Assembly: GCA_013378385.1 (NCBI GenBank) | Contig: JACAFS010000017.1 | Coordinates: forward strand, 1-19,047 | Direction of reading: 5' to 3' | Length of the DNA stretch: 19,047 nucleotides | Origin: Nitrososphaerota archaeon | Lineage (GTDB): Archaea > Thermoproteota > Nitrososphaeria > Nitrososphaerales > UBA57 | Shown here: one piece after another, positions 1-7,437 of the stretch | How positions within the stretch are numbered: position 1 is the stretch's first letter | Layout: the number at the start of each line of letters is the position of its first letter | Notes under the pieces: model-generated | Database searches by the model: none | What the model was told of the DNA's origin: nothing | What the model saw: the letters and a program-made list of their open reading frames with translations, nothing else | Made by a program: the position numbers and the translations under genes

Positions 1-65
1 AAATATTTTTATATATATAATACAAGAATTATAAGATTCTATAGAATAAATTTCGTTAAATAAAT

Positions 66-93
66 GATGTTAATATAATTTAATATCAACATC
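66..93 (-). terminator. Hairpin plus U-rich tract downstream of the EF-1alpha stop (possible terminator or 3' end structure)
   Basis: On the minus-strand RNA, GAUGUUGAUAU / AUAUUAACAUC forms an 11-bp stem with one G.U pair. On the plus strand that position is an A/C mismatch, which favours function on the minus transcript. The stem lies 13 nt after the stop and is followed by AUUUAUUU. Confidence 0.3.
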
Positions 94-106
94 AAGAATT
101 AAGAGT

Positions 107-1414
107 TTATTTTAGATCCCATTCTGCATTGATTTCTTTAACTACACCAGCGGCTATGGTTGTACCCATATCTCTTAGTGCGAATCGTCCCATTTGTGGG
201 TATTCAGTAAATGTCTCAAGACATAATGGTCTTAATGGTTGAATCTTTACAATTGCAGCATCTCCAGTTTTTAGCGCTTTAGGTTTTTCTTCTAAAACAC
301 CTCCAGTTCGTGCATCGAGTTTAGAAACTAATTCTGTTATAGTTGCAGCAGCTTGTGAAGTATGCGCATGTATAACAGGGGTATAGCCAGGGGCTATAGC
401 AGTAGGATGATGTACAACAATGATCTGTGCAGTAAATTCTTTAACAACTTTAGGTGGGTCATCAATCGGACCAATTACATCACCACGACGAATGTCCTTT
501 TTATCAACGCCACGAAGGTTGAATCCAATATTATCACCTGCAGAGGCTTGTTGCATCTCAACATGATGAGATTCAATAGATTTTACTTCAGCAGTTGCGT
601 TACTAGGCATGATAATGACCTTTTCTCCTACTTTGAATGTGCCAGTTTCGACTCTTCCGACTGGAACAGTTCCAACACCAGTAATAGAATAGACATCCTG
701 AAGTGGAAGTCTCAATGGTTTATCAACAGGGGGCGCTTCTACTTCGAAATCATCAAATGCTTGGTAAATAGTTTTACCGTCATACCAGTCAAGATTATCG
801 CCCTTATTGATGAGGTTATCGCCCTTCCATCCTGAAACAGGGATAATAGGAACCTTTGAGAGATCCCAACCAACGCCTTTTAATAATTTTTCAACTTCAA
901 CCTTTACTTCTTCATATCTTTCCTTTTTATAACCGACTTCGTTGGCATCCATTTTATTAACGGCAACAATCATTTGTTTTACGCCTAAAGTTTTGAGTAA
1001 GAAACAGTGTTCTCTAGATTGTCCGCCAGGTGCAATAGCAATTTCTGTTTCTCCGGGTTTACCAGAAACACAAAGAACAGCGGCATCTGCTTCAGAAGCG
1101 CCAGTAATCATGTTTTTAATAAAATCTCTGTGTCCAGGTGCATCAATAAGAGTGAAATCAAATTTTGGAGTTTCAAATTTCTTGAATGCTAAGTCAATAG
1201 TAACACCACGTTCTCGTTCGTCTTTCAGATTATCCATAACCCATGCGTACTTGAATGTATCACCTTTACCTGTTTTTTCAGATTCTTCTGCAAATTTGTC
1301 AATAGTTCGTTCATCAATGACTTTGAGGTCAACAAGAAGGTGACCAATTATAGTAGATTTACCTTGGTCTACGTGACCTGCTACAATTAAATTAAGATGG
1401 GGTTTGTCTGCCAA
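107..1414 (-). CDS. tuf: Translation elongation factor EF-1alpha (aEF-1A)
   Basis: 435 aa. GTPase motifs GHVDQGKS (G1), DAPGH (G3) and NKMD (G4) are present, and the protein has archaeal EF-1alpha layout over its full length. The N-terminus MADKPHLNLIV is encoded from a TTG codon at 1412-1414, with no in-frame ATG upstream. Confidence 0.97.
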   Translation of the reverse strand: MADKPHLNLIVAGHVDQGKSTIIGHLLVDLKVIDERTIDKFAEESEKTGKGDTFKYAWVMDNLKDERERGVTIDLAFKKFETPKFDFTLIDAPGHRDFIKNMITGASEADAAVLCVSGKPGETEIAIAPGGQSREHCFLLKTLGVKQMIVAVNKMDANEVGYKKERYEEVKVEVEKLLKGVGWDLSKVPIIPVSGWKGDNLINKGDNLDWYDGKTIYQAFDDFEVEAPPVDKPLRLPLQDVYSITGVGTVPVGRVETGTFKVGEKVIIMPSNATAEVKSIESHHVEMQQASAGDNIGFNLRGVDKKDIRRGDVIGPIDDPPKVVKEFTAQIIVVHHPTAIAPGYTPVIHAHTSQAAATITELVSKLDARTGGVLEEKPKALKTGDAAIVKIQPLRPLCLETFTEYPQMGRFALRDMGTTIAAGVVKEINAEWDLK

Positions 1415-1442
1415 TATTAATACCTAATGATTCAGTGATATC

Positions 1443-1461
1443 TTTTATATATATATATTTT
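1443..1461 (-). promoter_or_regulatory. TATA-box region upstream of EF-1alpha
   Basis: The minus strand reads AAAATATATATATATAAAAG and ends about 29 nt before the TTG start. This fits archaeal TATA geometry with a short leader. Confidence 0.4.
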
Positions 1462-1517
1462 CTAATTCGAATAGATTTATAGAAAGTGAATAATTTTTTC
1501 AAAATCAAATTATAGTT

Positions 1518-1525
1518 AATAAAAA
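1518..1525 (-). terminator. Oligo-T tract immediately after the tRNA 3' CCA
   Basis: The minus strand reads ...GGGACCA-TTTTTATT. Oligo-T is the typical archaeal termination signal. Confidence 0.4.
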
Positions 1526-1542
1526 TGGTCCCGCGGGTCGGA

Positions 1543-1563
1543 CTTTCATGGATTTTTATCCAA
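1543..1563 (-). other. tRNA intron 4 (21 nt, T-loop, position 59/60)
   Basis: Central helix UUCA/UGAA has four Watson-Crick pairs, with bulges AAU and AGU and inner 5-bp hairpin UGGAU-AAAA-AUCCA. Cleavage joins UUCAAA to U-CCGAC. Confidence 0.78.
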
Positions 1564-1569
1564 TTTGAA

Positions 1570-1588
1570 TTCGTCGAGCATAAGCCCT
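1570..1588 (-). other. tRNA intron 3 (19 nt, T-arm, position 53/54)
   Basis: Central helix CGUC/GACG has four Watson-Crick pairs, with bulges GGA and AAU and inner helix GGG/CUC closing a 6-nt loop. Cleavage joins T-stem GUCGG directly to UUCAAA. Confidence 0.78.
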
Positions 1589-1604
1589 CCGACGACAGTC
1601 CGGT

Positions 1605-1649
1605 TCCTGTGTTGCTTGGCAAACTGTTCGGATAAGCCAAGGCTTAACC
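1605..1649 (-). other. tRNA intron 2 (45 nt, canonical 37/38 position)
   Basis: Textbook hBHBh' motif. The anticodon stem is followed by central helix CUGU/ACAG, 3-nt bulges AGG and GAA, and inner helix GUU/AAC leading into a 7-bp intron hairpin. Cutting after the second bulge nucleotide gives loop CU-GUA-GA. Confidence 0.88.
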
Positions 1650-1664
1650 CTACAGCCGGAAGCT

Positions 1665-1677
1665 TTTGGCAATATTT
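1665..1677 (-). other. tRNA intron 1 (13 nt, D-arm, position about 22/23)
   Basis: Intron sequence AAAUAUUGCCAAA. Central helix UGGU/GCCA has one G.U pair and is flanked by 3-nt AGA and AAA. There is no inner helix (bulge-helix-loop type). A one-nt boundary shift is equally compatible with the mature sequence. Confidence 0.6.
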
Positions 1678-1742
1678 CTACCAAGCTGAGCTACCGCGGG
1701 CCTGCGGAAAATCATAAGATAATACCGCGGGTCGCGAGACCG

Positions 1743-1750
1743 AAATAATA
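1743..1750 (-). promoter_or_regulatory. Possible TATA element for the tRNA-Tyr transcript
   Basis: The minus strand reads CTCTATTATTTCGG about 45 nt upstream of tRNA position 1, which would give a leader of roughly 20 nt. This is only an AT-rich motif match. Confidence 0.2.
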
Positions 1751-1793
1751 GAGTACAGAAAAGAATAAAAAACTACCGCAGCGCTACATAATT

Positions 1794-2099
1794 ATGGACG
1801 AAAGCTATAAAAAATTAGATTCTGATGAGATAGAATTAGGATTATCAAAGATAAGTAACTGGAAACTAGATAATGATCGTATTAGAAAAACATTCGAATT
1901 TAAGAACTTTGGAGATGCATTCGCATTTATGACCAGAATGGCAATTGAGATAGAAAGAATGAATCACCATCCAGAGTGGTTTAATGTATATAATAAGATC
2001 AATGTAGAACTTACAACCCATGATGTTGGAGGAATAAGTAATTTTGATTTTAAATTAGCAAAGATTATGGACGATTTTGAGAAAATTTTTCTAGATTAA
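1794..2099 (+). CDS. Pterin-4-alpha-carbinolamine dehydratase (PCD/DCoH family)
   Basis: 101 aa. The family signature is matched exactly: E-x3-HHP-x5-Y-x9-H-x8-D, within [32 protein letters not shown]. Confidence 0.85.
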   Translation: MDESYKKLDSDEIELGLSKISNWKLDNDRIRKTFEFKNFGDAFAFMTRMAIEIERMNHHPEWFNVYNKINVELTTHDVGGISNFDFKLAKIMDDFEKIFLD

Positions 2100-2101
2100 A
2101 A

Positions 2102-2323
2102 ATGAATGAAGAAGAAATAATAAAAAAAGCGACCGAATATGTAAATCTTTTTGGATATATACAATGGAATGAACTAAAAACAATTAATTTTGATAATGAT
2201 TCATCGACATGGATAGTAGGTTTTTCTGCAAAACAAAATGATACAAATGATATATTTTCATATACATTAGAGATTAATGAAGTATCCGGAGATATTTCAA
2301 ATATGCAAATGATAGATGATTAA
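2102..2323 (+). CDS. Hypothetical small acidic protein (73 aa)
   Basis: ATG start 2 nt after the PCD stop, so probably co-transcribed. I recognise no motif. Confidence 0.5.
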   Translation: MNEEEIIKKATEYVNLFGYIQWNELKTINFDNDSSTWIVGFSAKQNDTNDIFSYTLEINEVSGDISNMQMIDD

Positions 2324-2377
2324 TTTCTAAAATGGTAATATCCAAAAGATATAAGTATTCATAATTATTCTATTATA

Positions 2378-2887
2378 TTGTTTAAAATGGGCAAAGTATC
2401 TAGAACTATAATGATGGAAGCACCTGTAGAAGATGTTTTCATGTACTATGCAAGACCAGAGCATGTAGCAGGTCATTTTCCAAAAGAGTCAAAAATGAAA
2501 GTTATTCCTATCAAGATTACAGAAGGATGGGGAGTTGGAACGGTAATGCGAATCATAGGTGAATTTGGTGGTAGAACAATGCAATGGGACAGTATAACAT
2601 GTCAAGTAACTAAGAATAAGAAAATTGTGTCAAAAGCATTAAATGGGCCATTCAAAAAGAATGTAATTACAGTAAACTTTGAGGAAATAAATGATACAAC
2701 TAAGGTAACATTTGAAGCAGATTACATACTTCCAAATTTCATAATTGGAATAATTATCGATAGAATGCATGTAAGAAAGCAAGTCATTAACGGAATGGAT
2801 TCAAGTTTACAGGAAGTAAAGAAATCAGTAGAAGAAAAACACAAAGAAACTGTTAAAGAAGAAATAACAGTAGAATCAAAGAACTAA
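2378..2887 (+). CDS. SRPBCC/START-fold protein (polyketide cyclase-dehydrase-like)
   Basis: The N-terminal pattern SRTIMMEAPVEDVFMYYARPEHVAGHFP and the size are typical of this superfamily. The track start at 2378 is TTG. An ATG at 2387 (MGKVS...) is an equally plausible start. Confidence 0.7.
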   Translation: MFKMGKVSRTIMMEAPVEDVFMYYARPEHVAGHFPKESKMKVIPIKITEGWGVGTVMRIIGEFGGRTMQWDSITCQVTKNKKIVSKALNGPFKKNVITVNFEEINDTTKVTFEADYILPNFIIGIIIDRMHVRKQVINGMDSSLQEVKKSVEEKHKETVKEEITVESKN

Positions 2888-3804
2888 AAAATAGGAAACC
2901 TAAATAAAACATCCAAGATCAATGCAATAAATATTATCGCAAGATATGGACTAGAAAATTTGAATGCAGTAAGAGCGATTTTTTTGTCGGCAGGGTTCTT
3001 AAGTAATTTTACATTACTATATAATAATAAAATTCCGAATATAACAGAAATTACAAGATAAACATAACCAAATCCCAATAAGACAAAGACCAATGAAAAT
3101 GGAATTAACAAAAGAGTATTGATTATAGTGTAACGTGCAGCTTTTACTTTACCTACAACAACAGGTAGCATAGGAATACCTGCTTCTGTATAATCGTCGT
3201 CTTTCAATAATGCCAATGCCCAGAAATGTGAAGGAGTCCAGATAAAAACTAAAGATCCCATAAGAATAGCAATAAGGTTAAGTTCTCCAGTGATAGCAGT
3301 CCACCCTGCAAATGCAGCGGCGCTACCTGCAAAGCCTCCAATTACAATATTCCAAGTAGTCCTTCGTTTTAGCCATATCGTGTAAATAAATACATAGAAG
3401 AATGAACCTAATAGGATCATTCCTGTAGTTAATAAATTAAGAAAGACAGTAGAAACAATTGCTGCGATTGTAATCATAATAATTCCATAAGCCAGAGTAA
3501 TATTAGGTGAAAGCTGACCAGTTGCACTAGCGCGTTTTTTAGTTCTTTCCATCTTAATGTCAATATCACGATCTACATAACAATTCAATGCAGCAGAGCC
3601 GGCAGAAGAAAGAGTGCCTGCAATAAGAAGTCCAGCCACTATAGTGAAACTAATAGGATTAGTAACGTAATTTGGGTCAAGATATGCAATTAATAATGCA
3701 GAAATAGCCACAAAATCAAGAAGGTAGATTATTGAAGGTTTAGAGACTTCTATAAGATGAGATACTAGATTTCTATAATTTATTGGAATTGAATTAGATG
3801 ACAT
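2884..3804 (-). CDS. ctaB: Protoheme IX farnesyltransferase (heme O synthase)
   Basis: 306 aa, polytopic. It has the UbiA-family Asp-rich motif NCYVDRDIDIKMERTKKR and is the last gene of the oxidase operon. Confidence 0.9.
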   Translation of the reverse strand: MSSNSIPINYRNLVSHLIEVSKPSIIYLLDFVAISALLIAYLDPNYVTNPISFTIVAGLLIAGTLSSAGSAALNCYVDRDIDIKMERTKKRASATGQLSPNITLAYGIIMITIAAIVSTVFLNLLTTGMILLGSFFYVFIYTIWLKRRTTWNIVIGGFAGSAAAFAGWTAITGELNLIAILMGSLVFIWTPSHFWALALLKDDDYTEAGIPMLPVVVGKVKAARYTIINTLLLIPFSLVFVLLGFGYVYLVISVIFGILLLYSNVKLLKNPADKKIALTAFKFSSPYLAIIFIALILDVLFRFPIF

Positions 3805-3814
3805 TCGGGGTATT

Positions 3815-3985
3815 TCACTCTGATGGAATTACAAAGAATGATTGCCATAAAAGATAAGCAATTCCAAGAACTAAGAAAACAACAGATAATGTAACAATTA
3901 ATTTTTTAGTTCCTTGGTCATTGTGCTGTTCAGAACCTGACAACATTACAAATATGTTAAGAACAAGATTGATTATGTCAAACAT
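3815..3985 (-). CDS. Unlisted small membrane ORF (56 aa) inside the oxidase operon
   Basis: Translated by hand as MFDIINLVLNIFVMLSGSEQHNDQGTKKLIVTLSVVFLVLGIAYLLWQSFFVIPSE. It has an ATG start and TGA stop, shares the operon strand, and ends 10 nt before the ctaB start. It contains two hydrophobic segments and is absent from the supplied ORF track. Confidence 0.4.
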   Translation of the reverse strand: MFDIINLVLNIFVMLSGSEQHNDQGTKKLIVTLSVVFLVLGIAYLLWQSFFVIPSE

Positions 3986-4023
3986 ATGATTTTTACCTAT
4001 TTTCCAATTATTAAATCCTTTGA

Positions 4024-4698
4024 TTATTTAGGTGTAGAAGTGAAGAAAGTTTTTAGAATCATAAGTATACATATTAAATCAATTCCGACCATCATAAATA
4101 TCATCCAAAATCCAGATGTCATTTGTACGGAGAGAGGGTATGTTTGATAAATCTGAGAATTTCCACTGGCTAGAAAGAAACCTAAAACCCCCATTGTTTT
4201 ATCAATAGATAATATGAAGATGAGTGACTGAATACGTGAAATCATCTTAAAGCTAGAATAGAGGAATATTCCAGAGAGGATTATACTAAAGTGCATTGTC
4301 ATATGTGAATTGAGATCAACAACGGCAGTATCAAAATTAGAGGGAATATGCCAGTAAAATAATGATATGAGAAATAGTAATCCCGTAATCATACCAAATG
4401 GATTAAATCGATTATTAAGTACAAGATACTTAGAATAATATTGTAAGATTTGTCTTTGGTAATTTGATGAACTATATTTGAATGATTTAATTACAGAATC
4501 AGTACCTGATGCAAAAAGAAAACCAGTTGAAAGATATAATATATGTTCAATCATGATATGAAAAAACAGATTCTGTACTTCGTAACGTTCTAATGTTGGA
4601 GAGGTTAATAATAAGATGAATGCATTTCCAAGAATAATTTGCAGCAGGCCATCTTGAAATAGATTTTTTGGATTATTTCGGTTTTTAAGATATTGCAT
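4024..4698 (-). CDS. His-rich polytopic membrane protein; candidate oxidase assembly factor (possibly CtaG/Caa3_CtaG-like)
   Basis: 224 aa with about 6 TM segments. Paired-His motifs are HIMIEH and HMTMH, plus WHIP. It sits between ctaA and ctaB with short gaps. The function is inferred from context only. Confidence 0.5.
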   Translation of the reverse strand: MQYLKNRNNPKNLFQDGLLQIILGNAFILLLTSPTLERYEVQNLFFHIMIEHILYLSTGFLFASGTDSVIKSFKYSSSNYQRQILQYYSKYLVLNNRFNPFGMITGLLFLISLFYWHIPSNFDTAVVDLNSHMTMHFSIILSGIFLYSSFKMISRIQSLIFILSIDKTMGVLGFFLASGNSQIYQTYPLSVQMTSGFWMIFMMVGIDLICILMILKTFFTSTPK

Positions 4699-4711
4699 AT
4701 TTCATTATCAA

Positions 4712-5137
4712 TTATGTTCGCAATGATAATAAAGCAGTAATTACAGAGAAACCAAACAAGGCGGTAGATACAGCTAAGTGAATAGTGACGATTGCAGGGT
4801 CAAGAATTGAAGTCACTGTAAGCATTCCAATATAGGCCTGGATGGTTACTAAAACGAGAGTTATTCCAGATGTAGTAACAAGATATGTAGTATCTCGATA
4901 TGAACGATAAGCGACTATAAATGTACCAAGTATAAGAAAACCAACAACCATTGCAAGATAACGATGAGTCATTTCAATCAATACAGAAGTAGTAAGATTA
5001 GGAAGAAATTCTCCGAAACATAAAGGCCAATCAGGGCAAGCCATACCAGAACCACTCTGTGTAGTAATTCCGCCAACAACAATTAAGATGTAGATACCTA
5101 TAGCAGATGACACTGAAAGAGTCTTTAATGGATTCAT
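4712..5137 (-). CDS. ctaA: Heme A synthase, compact 4-TM archaeal form (COX15/CtaA family)
   Basis: 141 aa. It has the GSGMACPDWPLCFGE Cys-pair motif and conserved His in EMTHRY and VTIHLA. It starts 3 nt after the subunit I stop. Confidence 0.82.
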   Translation of the reverse strand: MNPLKTLSVSSAIGIYILIVVGGITTQSGSGMACPDWPLCFGEFLPNLTTSVLIEMTHRYLAMVVGFLILGTFIVAYRSYRDTTYLVTTSGITLVLVTIQAYIGMLTVTSILDPAIVTIHLAVSTALFGFSVITALLSLRT

Positions 5138-5140
5138 CGA

Positions 5141-6676
5141 CTACTGATCAGGCCATTCTTTCAAACCGTAGTCGGCGAGTTTCCATGGATCTTCTTGATT
5201 TTCAACAAGAGGGCCTCGATACCAACTATTCAAGATATTATACAAGAATACAAGTGCGCCAAATGCAATTAAAATAGCGCCAAATGATGCAGCCACATTA
5301 AGATTGAAGAATTCTGGAAGATATTGATAATATCTTCTAGGTGCTCCAGCGAGTCCCAAGAATAACATGGCAGTGAATAACGTATACATTCCTACAGTAG
5401 TCAAAGCAAAATGAAGTTGTCCTAGTGTTTCACTGTATTTTCGACCAGTCATATATGGGAAGTAATAATAAATTCCTGCAAAAACAGCTTGAGCTGAGAC
5501 TCCAAACAGAACATAATGCAGATGACTTACTACATAATATGTATCTTGAAGTTGATAGTCTAACGGAATGTTAGCAAGGAAAACGCCTTCAACTCCCTGA
5601 ATAATAAAACTAAGAATAAAGCTTAGACTGAAAAGCATAGGAGTGCTGAGCTTAAGCTTGCCGCCATACAGTGTAGCAACCCAGTTAAAGATTTTTACGC
5701 CGGACGGTATAGCAATAGCCATAGTCATAAACATAAACGGTACACGTGCAGTAATAGACAATCCACTAGTCCACATATGATGTGCCCATACACCAAAACC
5801 TAAGAATCCAATCAATGCAGTAGAAACTGCAATAGAGCTATAGCCAAATATTCTTTGTCTTGACATACTTGGTAAGATTTGCGATATTAGACCCATTCCT
5901 GGTAAAACCATGATATATACCGCAGGATGTGAATAGAACCAGAATAGATGTTGCCACATTATAGGATCTCCGCCAAGAGCAGGGTTAAAGAATCCTGTTC
6001 CAAGATTTCTATCCAATAGCAATAAAGTCAAAGCCATGGCGAGAACTGGTGTAGCAAGAACTTGTAAGAAAGAAGTAGTCAGCTGTGTCCAGACCAGCAA
6101 AGGCATGTTTCTATAGGTAACATTAGGAGCCCTCATCTTCATGATTGTAACTATAAAATTAAGACCTCCAATAATCGACGATGTTCCTAACAAGTGAAGA
6201 CCAAGGATAGTCATATCCATACCCCAACCAGCTGCATAAACAGACAATGGAGCATAAGCAGTCCATCCTACATTAGGCATACCTGCCCAAATAAGAAAAC
6301 CTGCAGGAGGCAGCATCCAGAAACCTAATGCGTTAAGTTTTGGGAAATACATATCTTTAGCTCCAATATATTTTGGAACGAGATAGTTTCCGAAACCTGC
6401 CCAAGCAGGAATTACAAACAGAAATATCATACTAACGCCATGAATTGTAAATAAACTCGAATATGCCTCAGGAGCTATTGAACCTCCACGAGTTAGACCA
6501 TATCTAACAAGTAATGAAGCAAAACCTCCCATAAAGAAAAAGAACATAGAGAACACCAAATACATTATGCCAATGTCGGTGTGATGAGTAGTAGTTAGAA
6601 TAGTCTTCCAACTAGAATAGAAATTCTTATGTTCTTGTTGTGCAGTTGCTTCTTTCTTAGCTTCTTTAATTTCCAT
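5141..6676 (-). CDS. ctaD: Heme-copper oxidase subunit I, type A2
   Basis: 511 aa. Ligand and channel motifs are FTIHG, WFYSHPAVYIMVLPG (the YSHPxV variant in place of the helix VI Glu), AHHMW, IPSGVKIF (K-channel Lys) and VVSHLHYVL. Confidence 0.96.
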   Translation of the reverse strand: MEIKEAKKEATAQQEHKNFYSSWKTILTTTHHTDIGIMYLVFSMFFFFMGGFASLLVRYGLTRGGSIAPEAYSSLFTIHGVSMIFLFVIPAWAGFGNYLVPKYIGAKDMYFPKLNALGFWMLPPAGFLIWAGMPNVGWTAYAPLSVYAAGWGMDMTILGLHLLGTSSIIGGLNFIVTIMKMRAPNVTYRNMPLLVWTQLTTSFLQVLATPVLAMALTLLLLDRNLGTGFFNPALGGDPIMWQHLFWFYSHPAVYIMVLPGMGLISQILPSMSRQRIFGYSSIAVSTALIGFLGFGVWAHHMWTSGLSITARVPFMFMTMAIAIPSGVKIFNWVATLYGGKLKLSTPMLFSLSFILSFIIQGVEGVFLANIPLDYQLQDTYYVVSHLHYVLFGVSAQAVFAGIYYYFPYMTGRKYSETLGQLHFALTTVGMYTLFTAMLFLGLAGAPRRYYQYLPEFFNLNVAASFGAILIAFGALVFLYNILNSWYRGPLVENQEDPWKLADYGLKEWPDQ

Positions 6677-6682
6677 CTTTCA

Positions 6683-7108
6683 TCATTCCTCAATAATTAA
6701 CTTAGTTCTCATACCACCATGATAAGCGCCGCAGAATTCTGCGCATTGAATCCAATACTCGCCAGGAGTTTCAGCACTAATTATCTGAATTCTAGTTTTA
6801 CCAGGTATTATATCAACTTTAAATCCCATTTCTCGAACGTAGAAACTGTGAATAACATCTTCACTTTCTAGTTCCAGTCTAACTATATCACCTTGTTTAA
6901 TTTTTAGTTCGCCAGATTCTGTTCCATCAGGATAAATGAATTTCCAATACCATTGACCTGATTCAACTTTGACAATATAATCAGGATCTCCATAATAATC
7001 AGGGTTATCTAATGCGTCTAAAACAGGAAGAGCTAATGCGCCCAATCCAAATAACAGAACAGTAGCTCCTATAATTGTTATCCATTCTAATTTTTCTAAT
7101 GTATTCAT
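6683..7108 (-). CDS. ctaC: Heme-copper oxidase subunit II (CuA cupredoxin domain, single N-terminal TM)
   Basis: 141 aa. The CuA ligand set is complete: H in VIHSFYV, and CAEFCGAYHGGM. Confidence 0.92.
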   Translation of the reverse strand: MNTLEKLEWITIIGATVLLFGLGALALPVLDALDNPDYYGDPDYIVKVESGQWYWKFIYPDGTESGELKIKQGDIVRLELESEDVIHSFYVREMGFKVDIIPGKTRIQIISAETPGEYWIQCAEFCGAYHGGMRTKLIIEE

Positions 7109-7110
7109 GA

Positions 7111-7368
7111 TTATTCCAGTCCTGCAGGTTGTGAACGATCCCAGAATTTAAGTATCAAATAAAAGAATGTTCCCACAAACAAAGCAGAAACGAACATTCC
7201 AGCAACATAAACTATATCATAATATTGTTTAATCATAGCAGCACGTGCGTCGATTGGATCAGGATACCAAGACAGTATAAAACCTCCACCTATAATAAAT
7301 AATACAATAAATGTTACAATAACAGTCAATCCCCAAACGATTCTATCAAAAGTTGAAAGTATTCCCAA
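7111..7368 (-). CDS. Small 2-TM membrane protein at the head of the oxidase operon (possible small subunit)
   Basis: 85 aa. It has a TTG start and ends 2 nt before the subunit II start. I recognise no motif. Confidence 0.55.
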   Translation of the reverse strand: MGILSTFDRIVWGLTVIVTFIVLFIIGGGFILSWYPDPIDARAAMIKQYYDIVYVAGMFVSALFVGTFFYLILKFWDRSQPAGLE

Positions 7369-7437
7369 TGTTTAGCCAAATTTTAGTGCATCGATTTAAT
7401 ATATTAGGATTTCTACTCCTTCCAGATTTGGTAAGAA

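Larger units (their letters stand above)
1526..1700 (-). tRNA. tRNA-Tyr (anticodon GUA), 175-nt gene with four predicted BHB introns and an encoded CCA
   Basis: Hand fold of the minus strand. Acceptor is CCCGCGG/CCGCGGG with C1:G72 and A73, the archaeal/eukaryal Tyr identity. D arm is GCTC-AGCTTGGTA-GAGC. Anticodon arm is TCCGG-CTGTAGA-CCGGA, with GTA at 1651-1653. Variable loop is CTGTC and T arm is GTCGG-TTCAAAT-CCGAC. The exons sum to 74 nt plus CCA. A canonical tRNA is obtained only if four insertions are removed. Confidence 0.85.

Noticed and set aside
362-1343. Plus-strand ORFs (157, 133 and 61 aa) inside the EF-1alpha region
   Set aside because: They are antisense to a strongly supported conserved gene, and their translations are low-complexity with no motifs.
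5-1461. Direct copies of TTTTATATATATA at both ends of the EF-1alpha gene (about 5-20 and 1443-1461), considered as possible element boundaries
   Set aside because: The sequence is a low-complexity (TA)n run. Read on the minus strand, both copies are TATA-box-like promoter sequences, one for EF-1alpha and one presumably for the next minus-strand gene beyond the left edge.
1392-1640. 82-aa ORF from the six-frame track on the minus strand
   Set aside because: It runs through the tRNA-Tyr gene and its introns and into the EF-1alpha promoter and start region. The tRNA fold explains this sequence far better, so the ORF is an artefact.
1723-1734. A 12-nt element, CGACCCGCGGTA on the minus strand, in the tRNA leader. 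It matches both the tRNA 3' T-stem/acceptor (CGACCCGCGG) and its 5' end (CCCGCGGTA). This could be an integration (att) scar or a remnant of a permuted or split tRNA.
   Set aside because: The match is only 9-10 nt on each side and is centred on the self-complementary CCGCGG core. There is no integrase or foreign gene nearby, and PCD follows directly. Coincidence or leader pairing is more likely.
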